A DNA stretch of 64,000 nt from a candidate division WOR-3 bacterium (GTDB lineage: Bacteria; Hydrothermota; Tepidihabitantia; Tepidihabitantales; Tepidihabitantaceae), in the NCBI GenBank assembly GCA_965649295.1, contig CBFGKH010000010.1, positions 18,054 through 82,053 of the forward strand, in the 5' to 3' direction. The position numbers and the translations under genes were made by a program. This document shows, one piece after another, positions 20,591 to 29,091 of this stretch (position 1 is the first letter of the stretch; every line of letters starts with the position of its first letter). Below the pieces are notes generated by a model, which was not told where the DNA came from, did no database searches, and saw only the letters and a program-made list of their open reading frames with translations.

Positions 20591-21973
20591 TCAAGACAAA
20601 CCCCGCTCTAAGACCCCAGCCAGGAGTGGATAGAGTAACCCGAGACCTGTGGAAACAAGCGCTAGCAGCACAACGCAGAACGCCAATAGCCGATTCTCAC
20701 GGGCTTCAATGCTAATAGTCGAAGGGCCGACAAAGACCCGGAATAGCCGCAACAAGTAAAGGACCGTCAGCACCGCTGCCGCGATTGCACCAATACCAAC
20801 AAGAAGATTGATTCGCACGGCCGCGGCTAGCACATAAAACTTACCGAAGAATCCAAGCAATGGTGGAATACCAACTACTGATAGCATTAGGAAGGCAGTC
20901 GCGACGGCGGTTACAGGCATCTGTCGGCCCACGCCGTTGAGTTCGTGGATATCGCGCTTGTGCGTGCTGTGTTCGACAACCCCATAGGCCAGAAACAAAC
21001 CAGCCTTGGCTATGGCATGTCCAACAAGATAAACCAAACCAGCCAGCAGCCCGAGGATTGAGGGCAAGGCGAAACCAATGAACACGTAACCGAGCTGACT
21101 AACAGTCGAGAACGCCAGGACGCGCTTGACGTCTCGCTCTCGAAGCGCACAGCCACCAGCAATCAAAGCACCACCGATCCCCAGACCGGCGACAAGCCAA
21201 GGCCACCACCAAGGCATCATAGCGCGGCTTTGGATGAATAGCTTGACATAAGCGACCAAACCCGCCTTGGCCACGACACCCGACAGCACCGCGCTCACTG
21301 GCGACGGCGCCGCCGAGTGTGCATCAGGTAACCAAACGTAAAGCGGTAGGCTAGCTGACTTTGTCACCATACCAACCAACAAGAGGATCGCAATCCAAGG
21401 CTCAATAGCGATACCGGCAAGCCCTGTCCAATCTAGCACACCGTAGTTGATATAGAGCGCCCCCAACCCAACAAGCATCAACGCCGAGCCAAAGAAGGTA
21501 ATGAGCAAAGTCCGACTCGCAATTGCGATCTCGGCATCACGACGGTAGAAAGCAGTCAGACGCCAAGTCGAGATTCCCACAAGCTCCCAACAAAAGTACA
21601 AAACAATGAGGCTCCGCGAGAGACATAGTCCTACCATTCCCCCAAGCATCAGCAGCAGAAAACCATAGTAATCATCAAGCGGGTCATAGGTACGGATGTA
21701 CTCAAGCGAATAGACAGTGACAATCAACCAGATGCCAGCAAACACTGCGGCGAGCAACAGGCCAAGACTGTCAAGTCCGAAAAGTCGGCCGGCATCAACA
21801 GTTGCACCGTTTTGCCCGCCCAATGCCATGATGATGGCTACGATAATGGTTGTGACTGCCGCCCCAACGACAGCTATCCACTGCAGCAATCGCCGACTCA
21901 GACGTCGCAGCACTAGCGCGGTTAGCCCCAGCAGCAACGGCGTCAGAACAGCGGTAACCAGCAGCTGCCTCAC
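20591..21973 (-). CDS. NuoL/NuoM/MrpD-like antiporter subunit
   Basis: YFCWE, TKSASLPLYVWLPDAHSAAPSPVSA, KRVLAFSTVSQLGY, PPLLGFFGK. Confidence 0.85.
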   Translation of the reverse strand: MRQLLVTAVLTPLLLGLTALVLRRLSRRLLQWIAVVGAAVTTIIVAIIMALGGQNGATVDAGRLFGLDSLGLLLAAVFAGIWLIVTVYSLEYIRTYDPLDDYYGFLLLMLGGMVGLCLSRSLIVLYFCWELVGISTWRLTAFYRRDAEIAIASRTLLITFFGSALMLVGLGALYINYGVLDWTGLAGIAIEPWIAILLLVGMVTKSASLPLYVWLPDAHSAAPSPVSAVLSGVVAKAGLVAYVKLFIQSRAMMPWWWPWLVAGLGIGGALIAGGCALRERDVKRVLAFSTVSQLGYVFIGFALPSILGLLAGLVYLVGHAIAKAGLFLAYGVVEHSTHKRDIHELNGVGRQMPVTAVATAFLMLSVVGIPPLLGFFGKFYVLAAAVRINLLVGIGAIAAAVLTVLYLLRLFRVFVGPSTISIEARENRLLAFCVVLLALVSTGLGLLYPLLAGVLERGLS

Positions 21974-23157
21974 TTGCCGAACCTCTCCCTGATTGCCTCA
22001 GTCTTTGCCCAGGAAAGCTGCAAAAGCTCTCGCCCTGAGTAACGCATCCGACCATCCTCAAACGCAGCCATTCGTTCAGTGCAACAATAGCACGGGTCAA
22101 CGGCTGCCAAGGTCAAGGCAGCATCAGCTATTGAGCCACCACGAACCGCCACAACATTTGAGGCAATATTCATATAGCTCGGAGCTCGAACCTTGTGACG
22201 CAACGGTCGGTTGGTCCCATCTGAGCGAATATAATGAAATACCTCCCCACGTGGCGCCTCGGTTCTGCCAATACCCTCACCAGGGGGCACTTCGTCGATT
22301 CTCGTCTCGATTGGACCATCAGGTAGGTCTCTAAGACACGCTCGAATGATCTTAATCGACTCGAATATCTCAAGGAAACGGACCCTGGCCTTGGCAAAAA
22401 CATCGCCCTCATTGAGGACAATCACATTCCATGGCACCCGGTCATAGGCACAGTGAGGCTCGTCCCGGCGAACATCGATGTCGACACCGGACGGCCGCGC
22501 AGTTGGGCCAACAACTGAGTAGGCGACTGCCTGCTCCCGTGTCAACCGCCCCACACCCTCAAGCCGAGCCCGAATCACCGGATCATCGAGTACGGCATTT
22601 GTAAGCATCATCGTCTTCCTCTCGACAATTGCCAACGCCGCCTCAATCTGCGGTATCTGTTCTGCTGTGATATCATGTCGAACACCGCCGGGCTTGTTCA
22701 TGGCATAGTGGTTGCGGTTGCCGGTTATCGACTCGAAAACCTGCAGAACATGCTCACGGTAACGCCAAGCCCACATCCAGACTGTGTTATAACCGATGAA
22801 ATGACCGGCAAGACCCACCCAAAGTAAATGGGAGTGAATTCGTTCTAGTTCATGGACGATGGTCCGGAGGTAGTCTGCTCGTGGTGGCGGCTTGATACCA
22901 GCACAATCCTCGATTGCCAGTACGCAGGCAAGTGGGTGCGAATTCGAGCAGATACCACAGATTCGCTCAACCAGAAAAGGAATCTGGTCGTAAGTTAGTT
23001 CAGGGGAAATGAACTCGTGTCCTCGATGATTGTACCCCAGATGAATCTCCAAATCCACAACCTTCTCGCCCTCGACGATAAGCTTGAAAAACTCAGGTTC
23101 TTCCTGAAGCGGATGATAGGGACCAATCGGCACAATTCGTCGCCCGTTACCGCTCAT
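21970..23157 (-). CDS. Group 4 [NiFe]-hydrogenase large subunit (MbhL/HycE-like)
   Basis: GPYHP, GYNHRG, L1 motif ERICGICS, L2 motif DPCYCCTER followed by a C-terminal extension, EAPRGE. Start set at ATG 23157. Confidence 0.92.
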   Translation of the reverse strand: MSGNGRRIVPIGPYHPLQEEPEFFKLIVEGEKVVDLEIHLGYNHRGHEFISPELTYDQIPFLVERICGICSNSHPLACVLAIEDCAGIKPPPRADYLRTIVHELERIHSHLLWVGLAGHFIGYNTVWMWAWRYREHVLQVFESITGNRNHYAMNKPGGVRHDITAEQIPQIEAALAIVERKTMMLTNAVLDDPVIRARLEGVGRLTREQAVAYSVVGPTARPSGVDIDVRRDEPHCAYDRVPWNVIVLNEGDVFAKARVRFLEIFESIKIIRACLRDLPDGPIETRIDEVPPGEGIGRTEAPRGEVFHYIRSDGTNRPLRHKVRAPSYMNIASNVVAVRGGSIADAALTLAAVDPCYCCTERMAAFEDGRMRYSGRELLQLSWAKTEAIRERFGK

Positions 23158-23599
23158 GAAACTCACCTCGACGTTCGTAGTCACGGCGCAAAGGACGTTG
23201 ACTGGCATCCCAATCGGTATCAGAAGTGAGCAACGGTTTCAGACCAGGATGGCCGACAAAGTCAATGCCCAATAGCTCATGCATCTCACGTTCAATCCAA
23301 TCGGCGGCGGGAAACCAGGTTGCCTGTGACTCCACTGATGGATCATCCTTGGGTAGTAGAACTTTAAGAGTATAGATTATGCCCGTATTATCGTCCGAGA
23401 AGTGATAAAGAACCTCGAAACCATCGCGGGTATCAATACCCGTGCAGATCGATAATCGCATGCCACAGTCACAGTGCAAATATCGTGCGGCAGCAGTTAC
23501 GCTTCCGCGCGGTATTCGGATATATAGACGGCGCGGGTTGTGTTCAAGTACATCAAGTTGGGGAACGAAACGACGGAGACCATCGAGGATCGAACTCAT
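23147..23599 (-). CDS. NuoC/MbhK-like subunit
   Basis: FEVLYHF, ADWIEREMHELLGIDFVGHP, PLRRD. Confidence 0.88.
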   Translation of the reverse strand: MSSILDGLRRFVPQLDVLEHNPRRLYIRIPRGSVTAAARYLHCDCGMRLSICTGIDTRDGFEVLYHFSDDNTGIIYTLKVLLPKDDPSVESQATWFPAADWIEREMHELLGIDFVGHPGLKPLLTSDTDWDASQRPLRRDYERRGEFHER

Positions 23600-24012
23600 A
23601 GTTTACTCAGTGCCTTGACCACTCCGAGAATCATCGCCTCCGGCTTGGGCGGGCAGCCGGGCACATAAGCGTGCACCGGAATGTGTCTATCATACGGGCC
23701 AACGACATTGTAGGAATTTCGGAAAATGTGGCAGTTGCAGGCACATGAACCGATTGCAATCACCAGGCACGGTTTGGCAGTCTGCTGATACACTTCAAGT
23801 ACCCGAGGCAGTGACTTTCGGTTGACTACCCCAGTCACAAGCAGCGCATCAGCGTGGCGCGGTGAACCCACCAGCACTACCCCAAATCGTTCCACGTCAT
23901 AACGTGGAGTAAGCAGTTCAAGTATCTCAATGTCACAGTTGTTGCAGGGCGCCGCCGCCAAATGATACACCCAGGGTGACTTCTTAAGACCCCAGAGTTT
24001 CGCCCGGCTCAT
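23596..24012 (-). CDS. Group 4 hydrogenase small subunit (NuoB/MbhJ-like)
   Basis: PCNNCDIE (CxxC type), SPRHAD, GSCA, VPGCPPKPE. Confidence 0.9.
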   Translation of the reverse strand: MSRAKLWGLKKSPWVYHLAAAPCNNCDIEILELLTPRYDVERFGVVLVGSPRHADALLVTGVVNRKSLPRVLEVYQQTAKPCLVIAIGSCACNCHIFRNSYNVVGPYDRHIPVHAYVPGCPPKPEAMILGVVKALSKL

Positions 24013-24938
24013 AGTCCTACCCATGCCAAACCAACTGCAACTACTCCTAACAGGCCGAGTCCAAGCCAGAAAAACCTCAGCGCGTGATCAATCTTGAACC
24101 GAGGATTGGTGTTCTTTAACAGAATCATTAGCACGACAACAGCAAGCACCTTGGGAATTGCCCACCAACTTGCAAGACCGCCCCACAGCAATGTTACCAG
24201 GAAGACCGGCAGTAGTAAGAACATCATCGCCTTTGTTAGTCGGAAGACGGCTAGCGGCGCTCCCGAGTACTCAACCATCACGCCGGTCATGATCTCCTGC
24301 TCCGCCTCGGCGATATCAAACGGAACGTAGCCAAGTTTGGCCTGGAAGCAGATTAGCACGATTATAGTGGCGAGCAGACCGGAAATGGAGTACAGGAAAG
24401 GTCCAGCATCCATCTGCAGCAGCACAAGCTCGCCGAGCTTTATTGCACCGCCACTCTTGATAATCGGCACCGCCAAGGCTAGCAAAAATGGTAGTTCGTA
24501 ACCCAAGTACAGTGTCATTTCGCGAGAAGCACCAACCGCACCAATCGGATTGCGTGATGCTGAGGCCCCTATGATTGTCGCGAGCGGCGGCAGCGCGAGC
24601 AGGTAAACAAGCACCAGCACGTCGCCAACGAACGACCGGTTAGGAACAAAACTTGCCGCGAAAAGCATCACTGCAATAACGCACATTGCTGCCAAACCAA
24701 GCAGTGGTGCAAACAGAAAAGTAGTTCGGGCAGCCCCAGTTGGTACAATCGTTTCCTTGACAAGGAGCTTCAGCATGTCCGCAAAAGGCTGGTAGAAAGG
24801 CGGTCCCTGCCGCCACTGGACACGCGCCGAGACGAATCGGTCCACCCAAGTGAGCACAAGCCCAAGTGTAGCCGTGAACACAAAACCAGGAAAGACGAGA
24901 AAGGCGAAAACCAATCCCCAACCGGCAAGCCAGTTCAC
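24009..24938 (-). CDS. NuoH/MbhM/HycD-like membrane subunit
   Basis: DRFVSARVQWRQGPPFYQPFADMLKL, PFDIAEAEQE, EYSG. Confidence 0.9.
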   Translation of the reverse strand: MNWLAGWGLVFAFLVFPGFVFTATLGLVLTWVDRFVSARVQWRQGPPFYQPFADMLKLLVKETIVPTGAARTTFLFAPLLGLAAMCVIAVMLFAASFVPNRSFVGDVLVLVYLLALPPLATIIGASASRNPIGAVGASREMTLYLGYELPFLLALAVPIIKSGGAIKLGELVLLQMDAGPFLYSISGLLATIIVLICFQAKLGYVPFDIAEAEQEIMTGVMVEYSGAPLAVFRLTKAMMFLLLPVFLVTLLWGGLASWWAIPKVLAVVVLMILLKNTNPRFKIDHALRFFWLGLGLLGVVAVGLAWVGL

Positions 24939-25402
24939 TGGCGCCTCCCGTGCGGGGAACGAGCAACAAAGCCAACCCCAACCCTGACCTCATCGGCCGG
25001 TTCTGCCTCGACAAACTGCAACGCTCCGGTGGGACAAGTAGTGGCGCAGCGCGGGCCTTCCGGACGATCACCACAAAGGCTGCACTTTTGGCTCACGCGC
25101 CGTAACAGTGTTGTCTCAATGGCACCGAATGGACAGGCAAGCGCACATGAACGGCAGCCGATGCAATGGAAGCTTGAACGCAAAACAAGACCACTCTCTG
25201 GATCGCGCCTGATCGCCCCAGAAGGACAAGCCGCAAGACAAAGTGGTTCCTGACAATGACGGCAAGACATCGGCAGCAACACGGCTGAGGCAACTTCGGC
25301 GTGTCGAACCCGAGCTTCCCCCTTGAAGCGACTGCGACAAGCTGCTTCGCAAGCTCGACAGCCGATGCAGTAGTCCAGCCTCAGTTGAAGCCTTCTCGCC
25401 AT
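24935..25402 (-). CDS. 4x[4Fe-4S] electron-transfer protein (HycB/DmsB/CooF-like)
   Basis: CIGCRACEAAC, CRHCQEPLCLAACP, CIGCRSCALACP, KCSLC...CATTCP. Confidence 0.88.
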   Translation of the reverse strand: MARRLQLRLDYCIGCRACEAACRSRFKGEARVRHAEVASAVLLPMSCRHCQEPLCLAACPSGAIRRDPESGLVLRSSFHCIGCRSCALACPFGAIETTLLRRVSQKCSLCGDRPEGPRCATTCPTGALQFVEAEPADEVRVGVGFVARSPHGRRQ

Positions 25403-27012
25403 CAGTAAGCTGCCTCCAGTGGGTAGCGACGGGAAGATGTTGTCGGCCGAATTTCTACTGCGGCTGGAGGTATTGCTGGAGATCCAGCCGCATCAGCAAC
25501 AATTCCGAACAACGCTCGGTTCTCACGTGCGTTGACACCGACTACTGCCGTACCGGCTGGTACGGCCGGCGTGCGCCGTAGCCGCAGCGTTCGCTCACTT
25601 GTACTAGTTCTGAGAACAACCTCATCAACGGTCTGCCCCAACTCATTGTCGGGACCCACCGTAACGTCTTGTTCGTCAACGTAAAGACCACCAAGACCGA
25701 TGGCCCGCTTCTCACCAACGAGCCGCAGTGAAGAAGGATTCTGCCAGCGCGCCAGTTCAGTTTGAGCTAGGTCGGCAATAGCTTCGACTCCGGCTGGAGG
25801 GACCGTTGACTCGCCCAGCGGAGCGATGGGGGCGAACTCTTCTAGAATCTGGCCCACCCGACGACTACCACTAAACGGTGCAGCCAGTGGCCATCGTCGC
25901 ACCGCTCCCCAATAGCCAACTCCGGTTGATTCCTTTTCCAGCTCACTCGGAACCGGTAGAACTAATCCACGTAATGGCCGGATCGGTCGGAAAATGCTAG
26001 TAACCACGATATGCTCAATCTGAGCAGTCTCTGGAAAAAGCTCGGGATAGCTCAAGGGATGGAGCGAGCCAAACCAGAACAGCGTTCGCAACGTATTGCT
26101 GGCCGCTGCCTGACGCAACTGCTCAAACGTATTCGGCCCCAGCCGCACGCGTCCTTCTGCAAAACCGGTAAACGTTGCTTTCGCCTGCACAGCCAAAAGC
26201 TGAGAAGCGTAGCTGTGCAAAGTTGGAAGAGCGGTTCTACCGAGACCGGCAGCACTACCGACAAAGGCCAATCCGGTCTTCAGCATGTTTGCCGCCGCCT
26301 GTAGTTGTCCAAGTTCGACACCGGCAGCCGCGGCAAGTTGTTCAGCCCCAAGACCGATCTTTGCACCCAACAGAGCAGCGATTCCGAGCAAAGCAAACGG
26401 TTCAGCCCCGGGCCGAACTAGAATACTCAAGTGAGCAAGAGTATCCTGGGCTGTTCGCAGCGAGTCGATAACGATCAAGCGGTTTTGGCGATTAGCGTAG
26501 CGCCATTCCACAATCATTCCGCCGGCAACTGGCGACGTCGCAAAAACGTCGCCAACCAGCAAAATCGTCTTGGCGCCGCGAACATCGTCCAGACCAGCCT
26601 CGCGCACTCCAGCAACTTTCTGGCCGAACAGGTTGCCAGGTTCGATATAGCCACACACAAGCAGCTGCGCCCTGACAGCTCGAGCGAATCCCCAAACCAA
26701 GTCAAGCTCGTCGCCAGTTAGCCCACGGCTGTAGGCAACGGCAAGACGGCCGTCCTGACCAGCAGCCAAAGCCCTACGACAGTACTCCAACGCCTGCCCC
26801 CAGCTCACTTCCCGACCATCGAGCAATGGATAGCCGAGTCTTCGCGGATGGTCGAGCACAATGCTGGCACTGTTCCCACGCGGACACAGCCGACCGCGAT
26901 TGACCACCGCGTCAGACGGATACTCCATTCGGTACTGATAGCCATCGAAAACAACCTCGGACTCGCACCCGTTCAAACAAAACGGGCAGGTAGTCCTGTT
27001 CCGCGTCAGCAT
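25402..27012 (-). CDS. Molybdopterin-oxidoreductase-fold protein (FdhF/NuoG-like) with an FS0 cluster; probably binds no Mo cofactor
   Basis: Start at ATG 27012 (TGATG overlap). TTCPFCLNGC...LCPRG FS0 motif and RLGYPL...VSWGQAL are present; no C/U-H Mo-ligand motif; only 536 aa. Confidence 0.7.
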   Translation of the reverse strand: MLTRNRTTCPFCLNGCESEVVFDGYQYRMEYPSDAVVNRGRLCPRGNSASIVLDHPRRLGYPLLDGREVSWGQALEYCRRALAAGQDGRLAVAYSRGLTGDELDLVWGFARAVRAQLLVCGYIEPGNLFGQKVAGVREAGLDDVRGAKTILLVGDVFATSPVAGGMIVEWRYANRQNRLIVIDSLRTAQDTLAHLSILVRPGAEPFALLGIAALLGAKIGLGAEQLAAAAGVELGQLQAAANMLKTGLAFVGSAAGLGRTALPTLHSYASQLLAVQAKATFTGFAEGRVRLGPNTFEQLRQAAASNTLRTLFWFGSLHPLSYPELFPETAQIEHIVVTSIFRPIRPLRGLVLPVPSELEKESTGVGYWGAVRRWPLAAPFSGSRRVGQILEEFAPIAPLGESTVPPAGVEAIADLAQTELARWQNPSSLRLVGEKRAIGLGGLYVDEQDVTVGPDNELGQTVDEVVLRTSTSERTLRLRRTPAVPAGTAVVGVNARENRALFGIVADAAGSPAIPPAAVEIRPTTSSRRYPLEAAY

Positions 27013-27824
27013 CACCAGGGATCCTCGATATCCTTGACCTGTTCCCACGTGAGAACTGGGCCATCCTTGCAGGCGAGATAAGGACCCACACGACAATGAC
27101 GGCACTGACCAACACCACAAGACATGTTCTTTTCCATTGAAAGATAGATGTTGTTACCGGCGAAACCAGCCTCAACCAAGCGCATAGTAACGAACTTCAT
27201 CATAATCGGTGGCCCACAAACGACTGCCACGGCCGTCTTCGTGTCGCAAGGGACTTCATCCATGAGACAGGTAACCACACCTACCTTGCGCATCCAGCGT
27301 TCGTCGCGTACGTCGACCGATAGGTCGATATCAACCTTGGGTAGCTTCTCCCACTCCTTCAACTGTGTCTTATACACGATATCATCAGGTGTCCGAGCTC
27401 CGTACCGAAGGTAGATCCGTTTGTACTTATCAATCTCGTGAACCAGGGCAAGAAAAAGCGCCCGCAATGGGGCCAGTCCAACACCGCCCCCGACAATATA
27501 GACCTCACGGCCCTCGAACTTCTCAAGTGGATAGCGCTTTCCATAAGGACCGCGTACGCCAACTTGAGCACCTGGCCCCAACTCAAACAACGCACCTGTC
27601 GCCCTACCGACCTTCATAATCGTCATCTCAAAGGTATCGCGGACAAAGTGCGATGACGACGGTGTGAACGGTGCTTCGCCGAAGCCGGGAATGGTGAGTT
27701 CAACGAATTGACCGGCAAGGAATGGTATTTCCTTCTCCGGCTTCAGGACAAAAGTTCGGATGTTTGGCGTTTCCTGTACCACGCTCAAAATAGTCGCTGG
27801 CACTGGTTGGTAAGGATTGATCAT
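27012..27824 (-). CDS. FAD/NAD(P)-binding oxidoreductase (AsrB / sulfhydrogenase-gamma / PyrK-like)
   Basis: FLAGQF, RGPYG, VGGGVGLAP, YGART, CGPPIMM, [2Fe-2S] motif CGVGQCRHC...C. Confidence 0.88.
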   Translation of the reverse strand: MINPYQPVPATILSVVQETPNIRTFVLKPEKEIPFLAGQFVELTIPGFGEAPFTPSSSHFVRDTFEMTIMKVGRATGALFELGPGAQVGVRGPYGKRYPLEKFEGREVYIVGGGVGLAPLRALFLALVHEIDKYKRIYLRYGARTPDDIVYKTQLKEWEKLPKVDIDLSVDVRDERWMRKVGVVTCLMDEVPCDTKTAVAVVCGPPIMMKFVTMRLVEAGFAGNNIYLSMEKNMSCGVGQCRHCRVGPYLACKDGPVLTWEQVKDIEDPW

Positions 27825-28846
27825 ACCTCTGCCAACACCTTCCGAATATCAATACCGCCCATGCAAGCCCGGAAACACCGTCCACAACCAGAACAGGCAT
27901 AGAAGCCGTGGTCGTTCTTGAACTGATTCCACTTGCAGTCGAAGCGATTGGCGAAACGTTTAAGGAACTTACCCCGGTCGTTAGCGCCACCACCAACTCG
28001 GGCATAAGCCGCCTCATAGCATGCATCCCAGACCCTGATGCGCTCAAAGCCTGAATCGCTGGCTCGATCATAGAGCAAGAAACAGTAGCAGGTCGGACAG
28101 CCAAAAAGGCAGCCGTAGCACTCAACGCAGTGCTGGGCATGTCGTTCCCAAAAAGCGGCGTCAAGGAGACGCTTCTCTATCGCTCGCGACAAATCGCTGT
28201 TCCAGGGCTGGGGATTGATCTGTTGCAGTTGTTGCTCAGCGCGCCGGCGCTGTTCAGCGCGTTGTTCTAATTCAGCTTCGGTCGCCGGACGGAACAAACC
28301 CGGAGCTACCTTCACGAGTCGCTCTCCCACCTCGGTCAATGTCTCAATCAACAACCGGTCTACCAACGCAGTAACGACAGCATCAGCGCCTTCGGTCGAG
28401 TAGGGCTTATTGCCAAGAAGATTACAAAAACAACTGGGCTCGGGTTTCGGACAATCGGCGACGACCTTCACTGTTCCCGCAATTCGAGCCAAGTAGAACG
28501 GATCCGCATACTCGCCCTGACCAAGTATCCGTTCATGCACGCGGAGCGGCACAAGGTCGCAGTTCTTCATGCCAAAAACAACCTGATGCGCGGCAACCGG
28601 CTCTGGCGCCTTTGGCATCCCAGCCACAACTGCACGCGGGCTGAAGAGAAACGACTTTACTGGTTCGGCAGCCCGAATACCGCCAAGGGCCCGAAGCAAC
28701 TCAGTGCCGTCAACAATCGCTCCGGCGGTATACCTCTGCCAGTGAACTTGAGAATCAACTATCGTGGGGACGTATACCGTAGCGCCGTCAAGCAGGCTCG
28801 CAAGCCACGTTTCCATCTTGGAAGCTTCGATTGCGAACCTGCTCAC
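27821..28846 (-). CDS. 4Fe-4S dicluster protein (AsrA / sulfhydrogenase-beta-like)
   Basis: CVECYGCLFGCPTCYC, WDAC, CSGCGRCFRAC. Start moved to GTG 28846 because the upstream TTG is part of the -35 box. Confidence 0.85.
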   Translation of the reverse strand: MSRFAIEASKMETWLASLLDGATVYVPTIVDSQVHWQRYTAGAIVDGTELLRALGGIRAAEPVKSFLFSPRAVVAGMPKAPEPVAAHQVVFGMKNCDLVPLRVHERILGQGEYADPFYLARIAGTVKVVADCPKPEPSCFCNLLGNKPYSTEGADAVVTALVDRLLIETLTEVGERLVKVAPGLFRPATEAELEQRAEQRRRAEQQLQQINPQPWNSDLSRAIEKRLLDAAFWERHAQHCVECYGCLFGCPTCYCFLLYDRASDSGFERIRVWDACYEAAYARVGGGANDRGKFLKRFANRFDCKWNQFKNDHGFYACSGCGRCFRACMGGIDIRKVLAEV

Positions 28847-28854
28847 GGATAGCA

Positions 28855-28882
28855 AAAATAGAGACCCTTCTTCATTTGTCAA
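28855..28882 (-). promoter_or_regulatory. Hydrogenase operon promoter, probably leaderless
   Basis: TTGACA-16-TATTTT, 8 nt before GTG 28846. Confidence 0.55.
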
Positions 28883-29054
28883 GTTCGACTTTGCGTTTTG
28901 TTAGTGCCGCTGAGAACTCACCATCCGAATCTTCGGTCGCCGTTCTGAGAGACAACGCTGTGAACGGATCGATGATCGTGGCAATAGCTCCCCAGCTTGT
29001 CCCTCGCCACAATCGACATGCCGATGGCTTGGTTCGATGAACGACCACTGGCTC

Positions 29055-29082
29055 TTGACCCGCCGAGTTGTTGGCCTAGAAT
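29055..29082 (+). promoter_or_regulatory. Promoter of the MBL / CoA-transferase / ACD unit
   Basis: TTGACC-16-TAGAAT, 9 nt before ATG 29092; no SD. Confidence 0.6.
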
Positions 29083-29091
29083 CCTGCGCCA

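Noticed and set aside
14103-24938. Calling the operon respiratory complex I or MBX/MBS
   Set aside because: The large subunit keeps all four Ni-ligating Cys, the small subunit has CxxC, MrpE/F/G are present and NuoA/E/F are absent.
25402-27012. Formate dehydrogenase (formate hydrogenlyase), possibly with selenocysteine
   Set aside because: No Cys/Sec-His Mo ligand, no in-frame TGA, and the protein is too short.
27012-28846. Anaerobic sulfite reductase AsrABC or soluble sulfhydrogenase
   Set aside because: No siroheme AsrC and no group 3b alpha/delta subunits in the operon.
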